From: Nemertoderma westbladi
Taxonomy: Eukaryota; Animalia; Xenacoelomorpha
Reading direction: 5' to 3'
Length of the DNA stretch: 50,704 bases
Assembly: GCA_032718475.1 (NCBI GenBank)
Contig: JAUCBJ010003433.1
Coordinates: forward strand, 1 to 50,704
Positions 33,682 to 44,942 of the stretch are shown here, piece after piece. A model generated the notes under the pieces. The model saw only the letters and a program-made list of their open reading frames with translations, did no database searches and was not told where the DNA came from. Every line of letters starts with the position of its first letter. The stretch's first letter is position 1. The translations under genes and the position numbers were made by a program.

Positions 33682-34620
33682 TTAATTATTGTCTAATGCG
33701 CGTAGCGTGGATAGAGATTCTGGCCTTTGTGTTAACCACATAGGTTGGGCGGCAGATGCTTGGTATATAACGGAAAGAGTTGGGTCCCAATGTGCTCTAT
33801 GTCCAATTATTATTCCAGTTTTACCAGCCGCCCACACGTTAAAGAGACCCCTGCAAGGTTTCTGTGATTGACGATGAAAATTAAAAACGAATAGTGCTGC
33901 GTGAAGACCCCAACCCACGTCACTTACCGTGTCCCATATATTTATTAAAAATATTGCTATTACTAGGTCAGTTTCATTCTTTTTATTGACAGAGTTTGGT
34001 GCCATACCAATGGTTCTATGTATTGAATTATTATATGCAACCAATATTTTTGGCAATATACTCATCCATTCTCTATTCTGTCTCCTCGTGAAAATTCTGT
34101 ACATGCGAGATTTGAGGGTGCGATTCAGCCTTTCACAGATACTAGCTTTAAATTGGCTAACTAATGTATAAAAATGAACATTATTGTTCTGTAAGAAATC
34201 TTTCACCAATTTATTAACAAACTCAGTTCCTTGATCAACTGCTAGCCGTTTAGGCTTCCTTTCTTCGAATATCGTGGCTAGGGCCCTTTTAATTTCGACC
34301 CCGGTTTTACGTTTTAGACCCAACGCCCACGCCTTCCGACTAAAACAGTCAATACAAGTAAGTATGTAACCGTAGCCATTATTCTCGCCCCTAAAAGGTT
34401 GCATATCACACAAATCCGCTTGGTATAGATCGCCAATACCACCCGTGAAGATTTTTGATGTCGGGTAATGGCGCCTAGCCGGCGCGTGTAGGGAATGCGT
34501 TCGTTGGGAGCTCAACCACTCCTTTGCGCGATTTCTCGTAACTTTAGCGGCTTTCGCTAGTTTGGTTACGCTCGTGAAACCGGCAGCATTTGAAACATCG
34601 TAATATATTCTTCCCAGTCG
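33682..34620 (-). CDS. Maverick retroviral-like (rve) integrase, C-terminally truncated and fused to unrelated sequence
   Basis: LGRIYYDVSNAAGF N-terminus (read upstream of the track start), YQADLCDM, ILTCIDCFSRKAW, VDQGTEF, CERLNRTLK, YNNSIHRTIGMAP. No in-frame ATG, and the normal C-terminus is replaced after about 33960. Confidence 0.9.
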   Translation of the reverse strand, partial: RLGRIYYDVSNAAGFTSVTKLAKAAKVTRNRAKEWLSSQRTHSLHAPARRHYPTSKIFTGGIGDLYQADLCDMQPFRGENNGYGYILTCIDCFSRKAWALGLKRKTGVEIKRALATIFEERKPKRLAVDQGTEFVNKLVKDFLQNNNVHFYTLVSQFKASICERLNRTLKSRMYRIFTRRQNREWMSILPKILVAYNNSIHRTIGMAPNSVNKKNETDLVIAIFLINIWDTVSDVGWGLHAALFVFNFHRQSQKPCRGLFNVWAAGKTGIIIGHRAHWDPTLSVIYQASAAQPMWLTQRPESLSTLRALDNN

Positions 34621-34890
34621 CGTTTGTTTGTTCGATTTTCTACGATTCTCCCCATCGGTTGTATCGAGTCGCGGTAGAAAACACTTGCAATGACAGTTAA
34701 TACTTAATATGAAACGTTCAAAAAATGTACTACTATTTTAATGTTATCCCGCGTTTTGTTTCCGCACGTCGATTTATTCTAGTCCTACGTATTGTTTCCA
34801 CGCGTCGACGCGTTTTGCGTTGGAGGGGGTCACACGGACCCTTTGCCATTTCAACCAACCGCGACCAATTAATCGTTTTGGTATCCTTAA

Positions 34891-35235
34891 TCATTTTAAT
34901 AACCCCAAAAATGTTGTTTGTCCTGGAATTATTTTGGTGTTTTTCTTATTTTTTTTTGTAGTCAGCAATTCAATCAAATGATCAATATTCGCTCCGGGTA
35001 TAAGTTTATTTTCTATATAGAGTTTATTATTATCACTCCACCGTACTCTGTCTCGCGAGAATCGCATCAAATAACTCAACAATCGTTTGGCTTTCTGGGA
35101 TGAAATTGTCACATCATCTAGCGGTTGTATTATATTATTGCTTTTCTTATTATTATTATTATAAGTATCCGTTAATAAAGTAGAAACTAGATACAACTTC
35201 TTAAAATTTCCGAGGCTAATCTCGTTATTTTTCAT
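34891..35235 (-). CDS. Conserved Maverick hypothetical protein, 114 aa, possibly truncated
   Basis: AKRLL..L......RW.....LYI....IPGANI.HLI resembles a small ORF commonly found beside Maverick ATPase and integrase genes. Confidence 0.6.
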   Translation of the reverse strand: MKNNEISLGNFKKLYLVSTLLTDTYNNNNKKSNNIIQPLDDVTISSQKAKRLLSYLMRFSRDRVRWSDNNKLYIENKLIPGANIDHLIELLTTKKNKKNTKIIPGQTTFLGLLK

Positions 35236-35357
35236 CGTTATATATCATTATTAATATATTAATACTATATACTAGAGTTCACGTTCATGGACCGATAATA
35301 ACCTAATTTTGGTGAAAGTCTAAAACAAGGTGTGAAAATGGTTTTCGCGCGGCGTCG

Positions 35358-36068
35358 CTACTGCGGTATAGACTGAGCCTCAGGGCGTTGGTGAGGTGTG
35401 TTAGAGTTCGTGTTCGTGGGTTGATAAACAGTTTGCCCTAATGGGTTGAAAATATCACCCCTAACTCTTATACTATCATACGTTTTTTGATGAAAGTCTA
35501 AGAGAAGGTGTGTGAATGGTTTTTGTGTGGCGTCACTATATGCTTGAACAATAAAATTGCTATTTTTTGGGTACACTTGCCGCGCTATATAACTTATTTG
35601 ACTCGCGTCGCAGGGATTTTTTGTGAAAATACAATATTGGGCATTTAGACTTCTAGTCCGTGTTTCCGCCCCTTTACTGAAGAAATTTTGTGTTATATAG
35701 ATAATGAAACAGGAAGTATGATGGCAGGTTTTTGTGAAGCTTTCTGTCAAACTCTCATCACTCTTACTTTCGCTTAACATGTCGTCTATAATAATTAGAT
35801 CATTTTTGCGGAAAATAGAATTAATTTTTTGCAGTAAACCTTTGAATAGATGTGTTATACCTGGGAATTCTGGTGGGGTGGCGCCATAAAAGAATAATAC
35901 ACGCTTCGGGGTTATATCAAAAACTAAATTTTTATTTTTTACAATTTTTGATACCAGCACTGTTTTTCCGGAAGAACTTGGACCCGCAATAATCATGGCC
36001 GAACCCATCTTGAAAGAGGCGTCGTATGATGTGATTGGTTCCTGTGATATCATCGGCTCTCGGGACAT
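35358..36068 (-). CDS. Maverick DNA-packaging ATPase (A32/FtsK-like)
   Basis: Walker A GPSSSGKT, Walker B LIIIDD, FTK..HH, ITQN.F, SLNAQY..F.KNP.D.SQI...ARQ. Confidence 0.92.
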   Translation of the reverse strand: MSREPMISQEPITSYDASFKMGSAMIIAGPSSSGKTVLVSKIVKNKNLVFDITPKRVLFFYGATPPEFPGITHLFKGLLQKINSIFRKNDLIIIDDMLSESKSDESLTESFTKTCHHTSCFIIYITQNFFSKGAETRTRSLNAQYCIFTKNPCDASQISYIARQVYPKNSNFIVQAYSDATQKPFTHLLLDFHQKTYDSIRVRGDIFNPLGQTVYQPTNTNSNTPHQRPEAQSIPQ

Positions 36069-36085
36069 TGTTGATAGGTAGCCAC

Positions 36086-36550
36086 TCAGTAGATGGGAAA
36101 CCTAGAAACTTGACGGTTGACGCGTGTACCAGAGGTACTAGGTCTATACCCTCGGCGGGATTGGGCTAATTTTCTGCCTCTTACAGCCGTTATTATGGGT
36201 GATATTTTCTGATAAGCGTTAAGCCAACTCATTAAACCAGAGATTAGTAGATTTATAAATCCGCCCCTTTGCACCAATCGTTTACGATAAATTCGAATGG
36301 GATACTTGGCTGCTTTTGGCTTTTTAGCGATCTCGCGTATTGTTTTTTTATGGCGTTTTAACCTCACGATTGTTTGCTCAGGAATTTTTACGTTACCATT
36401 TAATACATTTAGAATAATATTAATTAGAAAACTTATAAGTTCGTCGGTTCCGCCAACGCGTAAGAAGGTTTTTCTACGGTTAAGGGAGGCGTTAGATAAG
36501 AACTTTAAATCCCCGTCAAATTGTTTAATTAAAGCTTTGAGTGATTTCAT
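36086..36550 (-). CDS. Basic Maverick protein, putative virion core/DNA-binding protein
   Basis: K/R-rich; NVLNGNV, LKRHK..IR and LVQRGGF, which resembles an adenain-type cleavage site. Confidence 0.65.
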   Translation of the reverse strand: MKSLKALIKQFDGDLKFLSNASLNRRKTFLRVGGTDELISFLINIILNVLNGNVKIPEQTIVRLKRHKKTIREIAKKPKAAKYPIRIYRKRLVQRGGFINLLISGLMSWLNAYQKISPIITAVRGRKLAQSRRGYRPSTSGTRVNRQVSRFPIY

Positions 36551-36986
36551 TACATATATTAATAACTTATATAAACGAGAACAATAATTGTAAGTAATAA
36601 AACACCACCACCGTTATAAATAGTATCGATTATATGCGTGGGTGGGGTTTTTCACGCGATAAAACCGAGCAATTATAGAAACCGGCACTCTTTAAAACCT
36701 AACATCAATAATTAATAAAATACATTATATAACGCAAACAATGAATTAATTTTGACATACTGACTGACAGAAAGACCGACAAATAGACAGATAGACTAGA
36801 TTTATGTAAATATAAACCGACATCAGAAATGAAATTGACGCCCTTGACAACCTAAGACTACCGATAAAACACGTTATATATAATGTGAATAATGTTAATA
36901 TCCACATTTATTTAAAAACCTAACGAGATCCCACCGGACAAACCTAAAACTGGCACCAGAAATGAAAAAATTAAATATTAAATATT

Positions 36987-37538
36987 TCAACCTAAATGAC
37001 TATCTAAATTACCAATAAAATTCAAAAACTTTGGAAAAAATACTCGAAATATCCTGGGTCTTGCCATACACACAACATTTCGTGTGTAAAAAACGCAAAA
37101 TGTTATGATATTAGAACTAGTTTTACCCCGACGATAAAACTGCACAAGAATATTATTAAATATCTCCGGCTCATATTTCACCTCCACATTATAATAATTA
37201 TCTAAAAAATGAAACCCGACCATTTTCATTAATTTGCTATAGTCTATGTCTAGATTGTTAATAATATAAGTTTGGCTATTGATTGAAATAAAAGTTAGTT
37301 TATAATCAGTATGCTTATATATATACTTAATAATTTTTTTTATTTTAGGCGATTTACCGAGTACAGTGACCTTACCGCTCGGGTAAAAGAGACACGTCCA
37401 TCCGCAAATTTTGGCGATATATTGAAAAGGCTTTAAGATGAGTTTTCCATTTCGAATTCGTTTAGCCAGCACATCGAATGATATGCACCCATCAACCAAC
37501 CTCAAACTTATATTACTGTTGACAACACTAAAAGACAT
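36987..37538 (-). CDS. TATA-binding-protein-like protein, 183 aa
   Basis: Two-repeat TBP pattern: VVNSN..., TCLFYPSGKVTVLG, INSQT, VKYEPEIFNNI, TFCVFYTRNVVCM; length matches the TBP core. Confidence 0.75.
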   Translation of the reverse strand: MSFSVVNSNISLRLVDGCISFDVLAKRIRNGKLILKPFQYIAKICGWTCLFYPSGKVTVLGKSPKIKKIIKYIYKHTDYKLTFISINSQTYIINNLDIDYSKLMKMVGFHFLDNYYNVEVKYEPEIFNNILVQFYRRGKTSSNIITFCVFYTRNVVCMARPRIFRVFFPKFLNFIGNLDSHLG

Positions 37539-37547
37539 CGCAATCCG

Positions 37548-40500
37548 CTATTCTATAATGGGCGGTATATAAAGCTTAGGGGCGGGCGCTTTACGATCCA
37601 AATGTGTTTTATAATGGCCATAAGGTAGACTTTCATTAGTCGATGTGTAGTATCTTTTATCTTCCCACATTGTTAGCGATTTTTTTCTTTGTGAAACGGT
37701 GTATATTTTATGTAAATTAGATTGAAACCTTTGACTGTATTCGTAATGCTCGCTAACCTCGTTATATACTTTTAAATATGATTCGTGGGAGAGTTTCTTT
37801 TTTATAACCATTTTTCCTATGCCTTTAGCGGCACGTTTTGGAACTGACCCCCCACGAAAGCTATAACATTTTGGTCTAAGTAAAATAACCTGGTCAAACG
37901 GGATAGACTTCCCTTCATCCTTTAAATATCTATATTTCCCTTTCTGTTCTACTGTATACAACGGATGTGCAATAGGATAATTTGAACAGTCTAAAACTTT
38001 TTTTGATTGTAACGCAGATAAAAATTGGTGCTGGGATAAACCAACACACTGTAAAAAAAAAGACTCCATGTCCCCACCTAACAAATTTATACTACAATTT
38101 AATTCGGCTTCCAGGGGCTTTAATTTCTCGTAGAAGAAACTGTAATAATCTAACTTCGACAGGTCCAATAAAGCTTGGCCTAAAAAAATAGGTTTATGCA
38201 AACAAACCGCAGTCTTAGATAGGACGTGACCTGATAATGAATCAGTGAACATAATTAAATTTTCGTGATTCGGCTTGGATAATAATAAGTCACATTTCTC
38301 GATTGAATTACATAAGCGAAATGAGACACGGTCCCGTATATTCTCCATGCTTTTCCCGAAAAGCGCGTTATTTGTTCCTTTGTGAAACTTATCATAAAAG
38401 TCATTGCTTGCTATTTTTCTTTGCTGGGTGTTATATTCAATAAAATCCTTAAAAATGTAACCTTGCTTAAATCTAATAAGTTTATGAACTTTAATCAAGC
38501 GCATACCATGATGAATATAAAAGCGCAATAATTTTAGATGCACACCGTACTCATACTTATCAAATTGGGTTAACATCAATTTTTTTGCTGGGCTATTGAA
38601 AATTTTATCACCATTATAATGTCGCCAAAGACTTTTCATGTGTGGACTGAGATACCTACTATCGAGTTTAACATGCTCCGGTGCAAATGGAAGCTCGGCT
38701 GTGGCATCATGAATAGTCATTGGGTATTCAAGGTCTACAACTGCAAAGTATCCATATATTTCGTCAATTTCCAGACTCATGATATCGACACTATCAACAT
38801 CCAACCATTCAAAGTCAGAATAAGGAAGTTTCTCCGACAAAGAACCGCTATATAAACTGTTGAAATCTAAATTATATAAATGAGCTTCGGGTTTATTAGG
38901 GTCGTATGTTTCTGTGCCTGGTATATTCGCATTTGCCATATGAAGGTTGGTGTAAGAAACTCCACCCCTAATGGAATTTTCGAATGTTAAATACATTTCA
39001 TGGTCTGCAAGTAGTCGAATATGTGACTTGGAAAATCTCAAAGCCGCGTCCCAACTAACCCCTGCCATCGTGTAATAGTTCGAGACCTCAAGCGAATAAT
39101 GTTTAGTACAATATGCGCGAAAATTTTCAAAAATATCGGCTAGCAGCAACACGTCAAGATGTAAGTAAGCTTCCAAATAATCAAAAAGTGTCTCACATTG
39201 AAATTGTTCCCACAAAAGATGAGCAAATGTATATTCTTCAGGGCTAATAGATGATAATGTTAATTCACTGTAAAACTCTTTTGGATGCTGTAATTTAGTA
39301 TCCCCCAATTTACTTAAGGAATCGACATATTCGTAAGGAAAAACTGACTTACGGCGTAAAATTTCGTTGGTAACATTTGGATATAATTTTCTCATTTGCT
39401 TCACAGTGTGCGGAATAACGGTTGTTAAATCTGACACATCTTTTGTCAAACACCCAGCCAAAGCAGAAAGGGAAAATCCCATAAACGCGAATGAATCAAT
39501 AAACTGTATAGTTATTGATTTGCTGGTTGGGAGCCCTCTTACGTCCTTTTCTGGAATAGCATAACCAAGCACGCTAAGTGCTTCTGACATTGGAATATCG
39601 ATGCGGAGTGAGATATATCTTTCAGTATTTTTTGCAATGGTTTCAATGTTCCAATTTTTATATTTACTACCGGCAAACCCTTTTTGTAAAATTAAATGTG
39701 AATCATAAAAAAAAAATTATGACAGACAACTGGGAATAGGTGACGTTTAACACTTAATTGTTTATTACAGGAGATACATGCCGCACCAATGAAAGCCCCG
39801 TTGTAATGGTTGTGATGCATCACACTTGGATTTATATCTTCCCGAAAAAATGATTTACAATTAAAGCAATTTGTGGTACGCATATAAGCTTGGTATTGTG
39901 TGTGATCCAGGTGTTAGGGGTGGTGTGTGTTAAAGGTAGACCATTCATAACACTTAAATAAATCAAAAACCAGACTATCAATAAAATTCTGTACCGAGTT
40001 ATTATCGATATTTTGTCTAAATGTAGACAAAAAATAATTTGGGGGGTTAATTAATTCTCTATTGGGGACAATCAAATATGAAACGGCCGATGGGAGATGT
40101 TCGGCTATATAATATTTTTTTACATTATTTGTTGGGGCTAGTACCACTTCGAAATCCATATATACTATGAAAGGTGTACTCACAGACTTATAGTAATTAG
40201 TAAAATGTAAATTCAGTTTAGATGGCATCTCTCTATTTGGCGCCCGCCTTGCCAACACCCTAATCTATGGCGTTCTAACGCATTTGGACTGTAGAAACCG
40301 CGAATACACCGCTCACAACGATGACAATGATTGTTGCTATTGCCTTCCCCACGACCATTAAATAATCTATTTAAGTTAGAAACCCCGACGATGTGATTTG
40401 TTGAGGTTAAATTTTGACGTTCAATGAGCAATAAATTTAGCAATCTTTTACCTTCAGCTTTTTTAGCGCTCGGTTGTCGTAGAAAGGAAATTTTTTCGCT

Positions 40501-41430
40501 ACTTCTATCAAAATACAATAAATTTATTAAATAATTTGGATTATTTTTTTCAAACTTGAGAATATTTAGTTTCCATGATAGGGTAGAATCTAATTCGCTT
40601 AAATTAAAAAACCCTAAATACTGATTATAAGAACTTTGGCGTGAAACATGGCGCAGTGTGTGATCATCCGATATATGTTTTGAAAATTTTGCTGTCAGGA
40701 CCGCCCACTTAAAACATTCACCTTCATTACACGGTACATTTATTATACAATGTTTATTTTTTAATTTTGTCGGGATTGATTGCTATGTCCAAAACGATAT
40801 ACCGATCGCAAGTATGACGCAATAGTAAGTTTGATGCGCGATAGAGTTACAAGTTTCCAGCCGCTACCCCGCCTAATAAATTGCGATATTTTTTCACCGA
40901 TATGGGAAATGACTGTGTAGTACCATTCGTCAAAATCCGAGCTATTTTTAATATAATTATCTGTACCGATCGAAGTAAAATGGAATTCTTCTTGTAGAGT
41001 ATAATTAGCATCATCACGTTCCATTATCACTGAAGCAATTACCCACACTTTATAAAACATATCAATAAAAGCCGATGCCGCCGTGTTAAAAGCGCGCGAA
41101 GCATATAACCCCATATAATTTAAATAATTCGGCACATCTGGATTCATCTCATTAGATGACACATTATGGGTATATTCCTGAACGCGTGATTTGTGACATG
41201 TTTTTGAGAGATGAAAACCTTCGTTGGGTGTATCTGAGCTGTTTGTAATGCTTACAGGCGAACCAACGTTGAGATCTATTACTGTGAAATATTGCTATTC
41301 TTTCAGAAGTAGTTCGGCAATTACAATTATCGCAAACATACCCATCGAAATGTGTGCGTAAATGCCGTAAATAATTTTTCTTAAGTATAGTACAACCGCA
41401 AAAAACGCAATTAATCTCCATCATTATAAT
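37548..41430 (-). pseudogene. Protein-primed DNA polymerase B with N-terminal zinc fingers and EndoVII-like insert; frameshifted
   Basis: Consecutive fragments: C2H2 (41164-41538), GSGW (40761-41162), PFIVYMDFE exo I (39914-40258), C..C...HHNHYNG.F.GAAC..CN (39692-39883), then FIDSF, FPYEY, DFNSLY, K...NALFGK.MEN, LRPKCY, AKG, DKRY (37548-39590). Catalytic DTDS reads DMES. Confidence 0.92.
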
Positions 41431-41717
41431 TATTATTATTACGATTATAATATATTTATTAACGTAGGTACAGAAAACATATTTACAATATGCCGATGAA
41501 AGAGATGCGGCAGATTTTATGTAGATAAATATATCCAATACCCAGTCAACCAGCCACCCGCGCTACAAACCATTTAACCAACCAAAATTTACTGAACTGA
41601 CATTATCCTATTTATATGCTCTATTAACTATGTTGTATAATCGCGTGTAAGAGTATTGAAATAGTATTGACATGTGTCACCACCTGAGTTTGGTGTTATG
41701 CGTTTAATGTCACATAT

Positions 41718-42350
41718 TTAATATGTGCGGTGAAATGTCGAATTAATCTCTTCCCCATACGGCATTAAATTCGTCGGTAAAAGCCCAAAATAATCATCCG
41801 AATAAATATTAGAAACGTAGAGTATTGTCGCATTACATTGTTGGCATATAAGCTGGCATATTTTATCGCCCGATGTTACAACGTATTCCTTAGATGTGTT
41901 GTTAATCAATATAATTACAAGTTGATCTATATTACCGCGCGCAATACTGGAATCAACCGCACATTCTGCAACATCGATGCCAATTTTTGTCAAGCTAAAA
42001 GTCGGTGTAATTCTTCCAAAATAATTGGCGGGTAAATATATTTTAACACCCATCTCAAGTAACATCCGTGAGTGCGGCTCTATTGTTCTATTCACGGCGC
42101 TATATATGTCAATCCCAGCTGGGCTATATGAACCGCATACAGGTGCCCGAGCTGCCGGGCTTAACAATTCAATTTTAATTGGAATAATTGAATTAGGACC
42201 GCGGTAACTATTTTCAGCTTGTATTATTGGAAACATTTTTTTATTATGGCGTATTTTACCTAAAAAAATTCCTAAAAGAAAGGTAACAATGAATAATATA
42301 TTTGAAAAAATGATCTTATCAATAGACTCAAGCTGCCCCAGTATTGTCAT
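41718..42350 (-). CDS. dUTPase-fold protein with degenerate catalytic motifs and an N-terminal hydrophobic segment
   Basis: A.AP..GS..PAGIDIYS, LPANYFGRI and GDKICQLI are recognisable; motif II RS reads TF, motif III is altered, and motif V (RG.GGFGS) is absent. Confidence 0.8.
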   Translation of the reverse strand: MTILGQLESIDKIIFSNILFIVTFLLGIFLGKIRHNKKMFPIIQAENSYRGPNSIIPIKIELLSPAARAPVCGSYSPAGIDIYSAVNRTIEPHSRMLLEMGVKIYLPANYFGRITPTFSLTKIGIDVAECAVDSSIARGNIDQLVIILINNTSKEYVVTSGDKICQLICQQCNATILYVSNIYSDDYFGLLPTNLMPYGEEINSTFHRTY

Positions 42351-42938
42351 GTCGCTTAATCAATAATATTTTGACCAATGGGTATATTTATAATGGGTGT
42401 GTCTTTAAAACGCCGTTCGCGCGCCGCAATCGTTCGTTTTTAGTAAATGATTACAGAAAAATATCTGTTGTGAGAGAAAGTTTGTGATCCCGACATTAAA
42501 TTAAATTCGCTCATGCTTAAAATTATGAAACTTCTAAGAAGCTACACAGTTAATACAGTTGAAGTCAATCAATTTAACCGTGAGTAATATTCTGTAGAAT
42601 TTTGAGGGTGTGTCTATAAAACTTTATATAGACCGCATTAATCGCCACCGCAAGCTGTTACCACTTACGTCAACCAATTTAAGCGTAAATAAATATTTCC
42701 CTCGAAATTTATAGGAAGTTTCTCAAAAAAAATTATCTCAGGATAATAGCGATTAATCCGGTTGAGTGGTTAAAATATACCCGTTTTCCCGATAGCCCAT
42801 CATTATATTATAAATACGTCGTAAAATACTTTATTTCGTCATTCGGGTTAATTCATTATTTCATATTTTTCGCACATTGTATAGCGCAATATTATTGTAT
42901 TTTTACACTTAATTATTAATATTTCACAAAATTTGTTG

Positions 42939-44231
42939 ATGGAATCTGCGAAACCATCACAACCAAAAATGATGTCATTAAGCGGTAGCTCTACTGATAG
43001 CGCGCCCGCCCCATACGTATCGGTGATTACAGGTAAGAGTGTGTGGGACCTCGAGTGTTTAGGGGAAGGAATAGAAATAAAAGCATTTAACGGGAAATAC
43101 GTTCGATTCAGCCGTTGGGGTGATACAAAAGGACGCAACGTCGTGCAAGAATCGGTAAGTCTTACTTACCAGAACATAAGATTCCTGTTTGACTTCCTCA
43201 ATTATAATAAAATAGCCGTTGAATATTACAAGGAATACACCAGAGGCAATTTGCTTATAACGCCAATAAATCATGCGTACTTACGCATTGGGAAAAACGG
43301 TGCATCAATTTTTATCTCGCGAAAAATTCTAGATGTCTTACAAAGCATCTACGGCAAAGTCGTTCTTTCCCGTATTGAACCAAAAAAGAGGGAAATTGAT
43401 GATGAGAATTTTATGGAGTTCGAAGATTGCAGGTACATTGGATATATCTACGACTTTGAAGGGCAACGATTTGTCGGCGTTTGGGAAGCGGATGATATAG
43501 GTAGACAGTGGAAGGGTGTTCTATATTACGATGGGTTGAATCTCAGAGCGGGTGAATTCTGTTTGCTCGACTTTAACATAGATAAGAATGTTAACAAGAA
43601 TATCGATGAGGTTAGTATGAGGTACACATCAACCGTTAACGAAAACGGAATATATTTGTCCCACAACTTCGACACCAAGGTTATTTTCATCCCTCGAAAC
43701 AACACAAATGTCAAGATAATTAAGCAATTACAGAAGTACGCGGACCGCGATATTCTGTCTGGGTGTGAGTTTCTACCGATTAAAAAGTTAGTTGTTGAGG
43801 CTGCGATTGATGAATTAGCGGACGAGGAACTAATGAAAGTGGAAATGCCGAACAACGCTAGTCAGCTGAAGACGTCCGAAGCAGTAAAAGTCACTGCTAA
43901 GAAAATGGATGAGAAAAAAATCTGGTTGCCCGCGATTGCAGAAAATGAACGGGTAGACGGCACTGAAAAAAAGAATGATTATAAGGATATTGATACCCTC
44001 GTTGGGGGTGTGAGCGCTCAGATGAAGATGAAAACACCTAAAGCCATGAAAGAACAAGTGCTTAAGCGAAAAATTGATCTCATCGTGAATAAAACACCTA
44101 GCTATGAGTATGAAGATATCAGCGACTTTGAAGAGGACATCGTCAATGATACGGATGATGGTGAAGACATTTTCAATGAAATCGAGACTAATGGGCAACC
44201 TCAAATAAAGAAGAATAAACATTCAGTGTGA
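42939..44231 (+). CDS. Maverick hypothetical protein (~430 aa), possibly with PC4-like ssDNA-binding repeats and an acidic tail
   Basis: Long intact ORF; FNGKYVRFSRW...SVSLTYQNI loosely resembles PC4. Weak call. Confidence 0.6.
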   Translation: MESAKPSQPKMMSLSGSSTDSAPAPYVSVITGKSVWDLECLGEGIEIKAFNGKYVRFSRWGDTKGRNVVQESVSLTYQNIRFLFDFLNYNKIAVEYYKEYTRGNLLITPINHAYLRIGKNGASIFISRKILDVLQSIYGKVVLSRIEPKKREIDDENFMEFEDCRYIGYIYDFEGQRFVGVWEADDIGRQWKGVLYYDGLNLRAGEFCLLDFNIDKNVNKNIDEVSMRYTSTVNENGIYLSHNFDTKVIFIPRNNTNVKIIKQLQKYADRDILSGCEFLPIKKLVVEAAIDELADEELMKVEMPNNASQLKTSEAVKVTAKKMDEKKIWLPAIAENERVDGTEKKNDYKDIDTLVGGVSAQMKMKTPKAMKEQVLKRKIDLIVNKTPSYEYEDISDFEEDIVNDTDDGEDIFNEIETNGQPQIKKNKHSV

Positions 44232-44519
44232 ATCTTCGAGCGGTAGAAACTTTTATTATATAAATAGATATATAGATTTTATAAATAAATATATATAGTT
44301 TATATATAGATAAACATTATAAATAATGTTCGTAGGCGGTGTCGCCGCAACGAGCCGGGCACGGTTAAATTATTATTATCATTTTGTGGTGGTAAATTAT
44401 TTGTTGGTATAATGAATTATCGATTGAAATAAATATTATATAAATTTATTTATAGTATTATACATTATTATACACATATTTATATATTTATTACTTTATT
44501 TTATTTATTATACGCGGAT

Positions 44520-44942
44520 ATGTTGGGGGAAAATGAACTTGTGGTGGATGAAGTAGATATGGATGCGGAGGAAGAGGATGTGGCGGCTGAAATAGCAAAG
44601 GAGAATGAAGAAATATTGGTGGCTATGTATGCGAGGGAGAAAGAAGAAGCACGGTTGGAGAGGTTATTAAATCCAAGAAATGAGTGGGAGGAGATAGAGA
44701 AGAACCATTATTTGGAGGAAGAGGCGAGAAAGAACAGCGCGTGGGGTGAAGATTGGGAGTTGGAGATGGAGGCTGAGGGGGTTAGGAGAGCGAGGGAGGC
44801 TGAGAGGTGTGCACAGGAGAAGGTGATGAAAGAAAGGATTGAGATGTTAGAAGGAATGATGGGGATGTTGGGTGATGGTGGTGGTGGTAATGGTAATAAT
44901 GTGGAGGATGTAGATAGCGAGGATAGCGGGATAAATGGGTGA
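44520..44942 (+). CDS. Glu-rich hypothetical protein, 140 aa
   Basis: ATG-initiated purine-rich ORF within AT-rich flanks next to the right TIR. Confidence 0.5.
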   Translation: MLGENELVVDEVDMDAEEEDVAAEIAKENEEILVAMYAREKEEARLERLLNPRNEWEEIEKNHYLEEEARKNSAWGEDWELEMEAEGVRRAREAERCAQEKVMKERIEMLEGMMGMLGDGGGGNGNNVEDVDSEDSGING

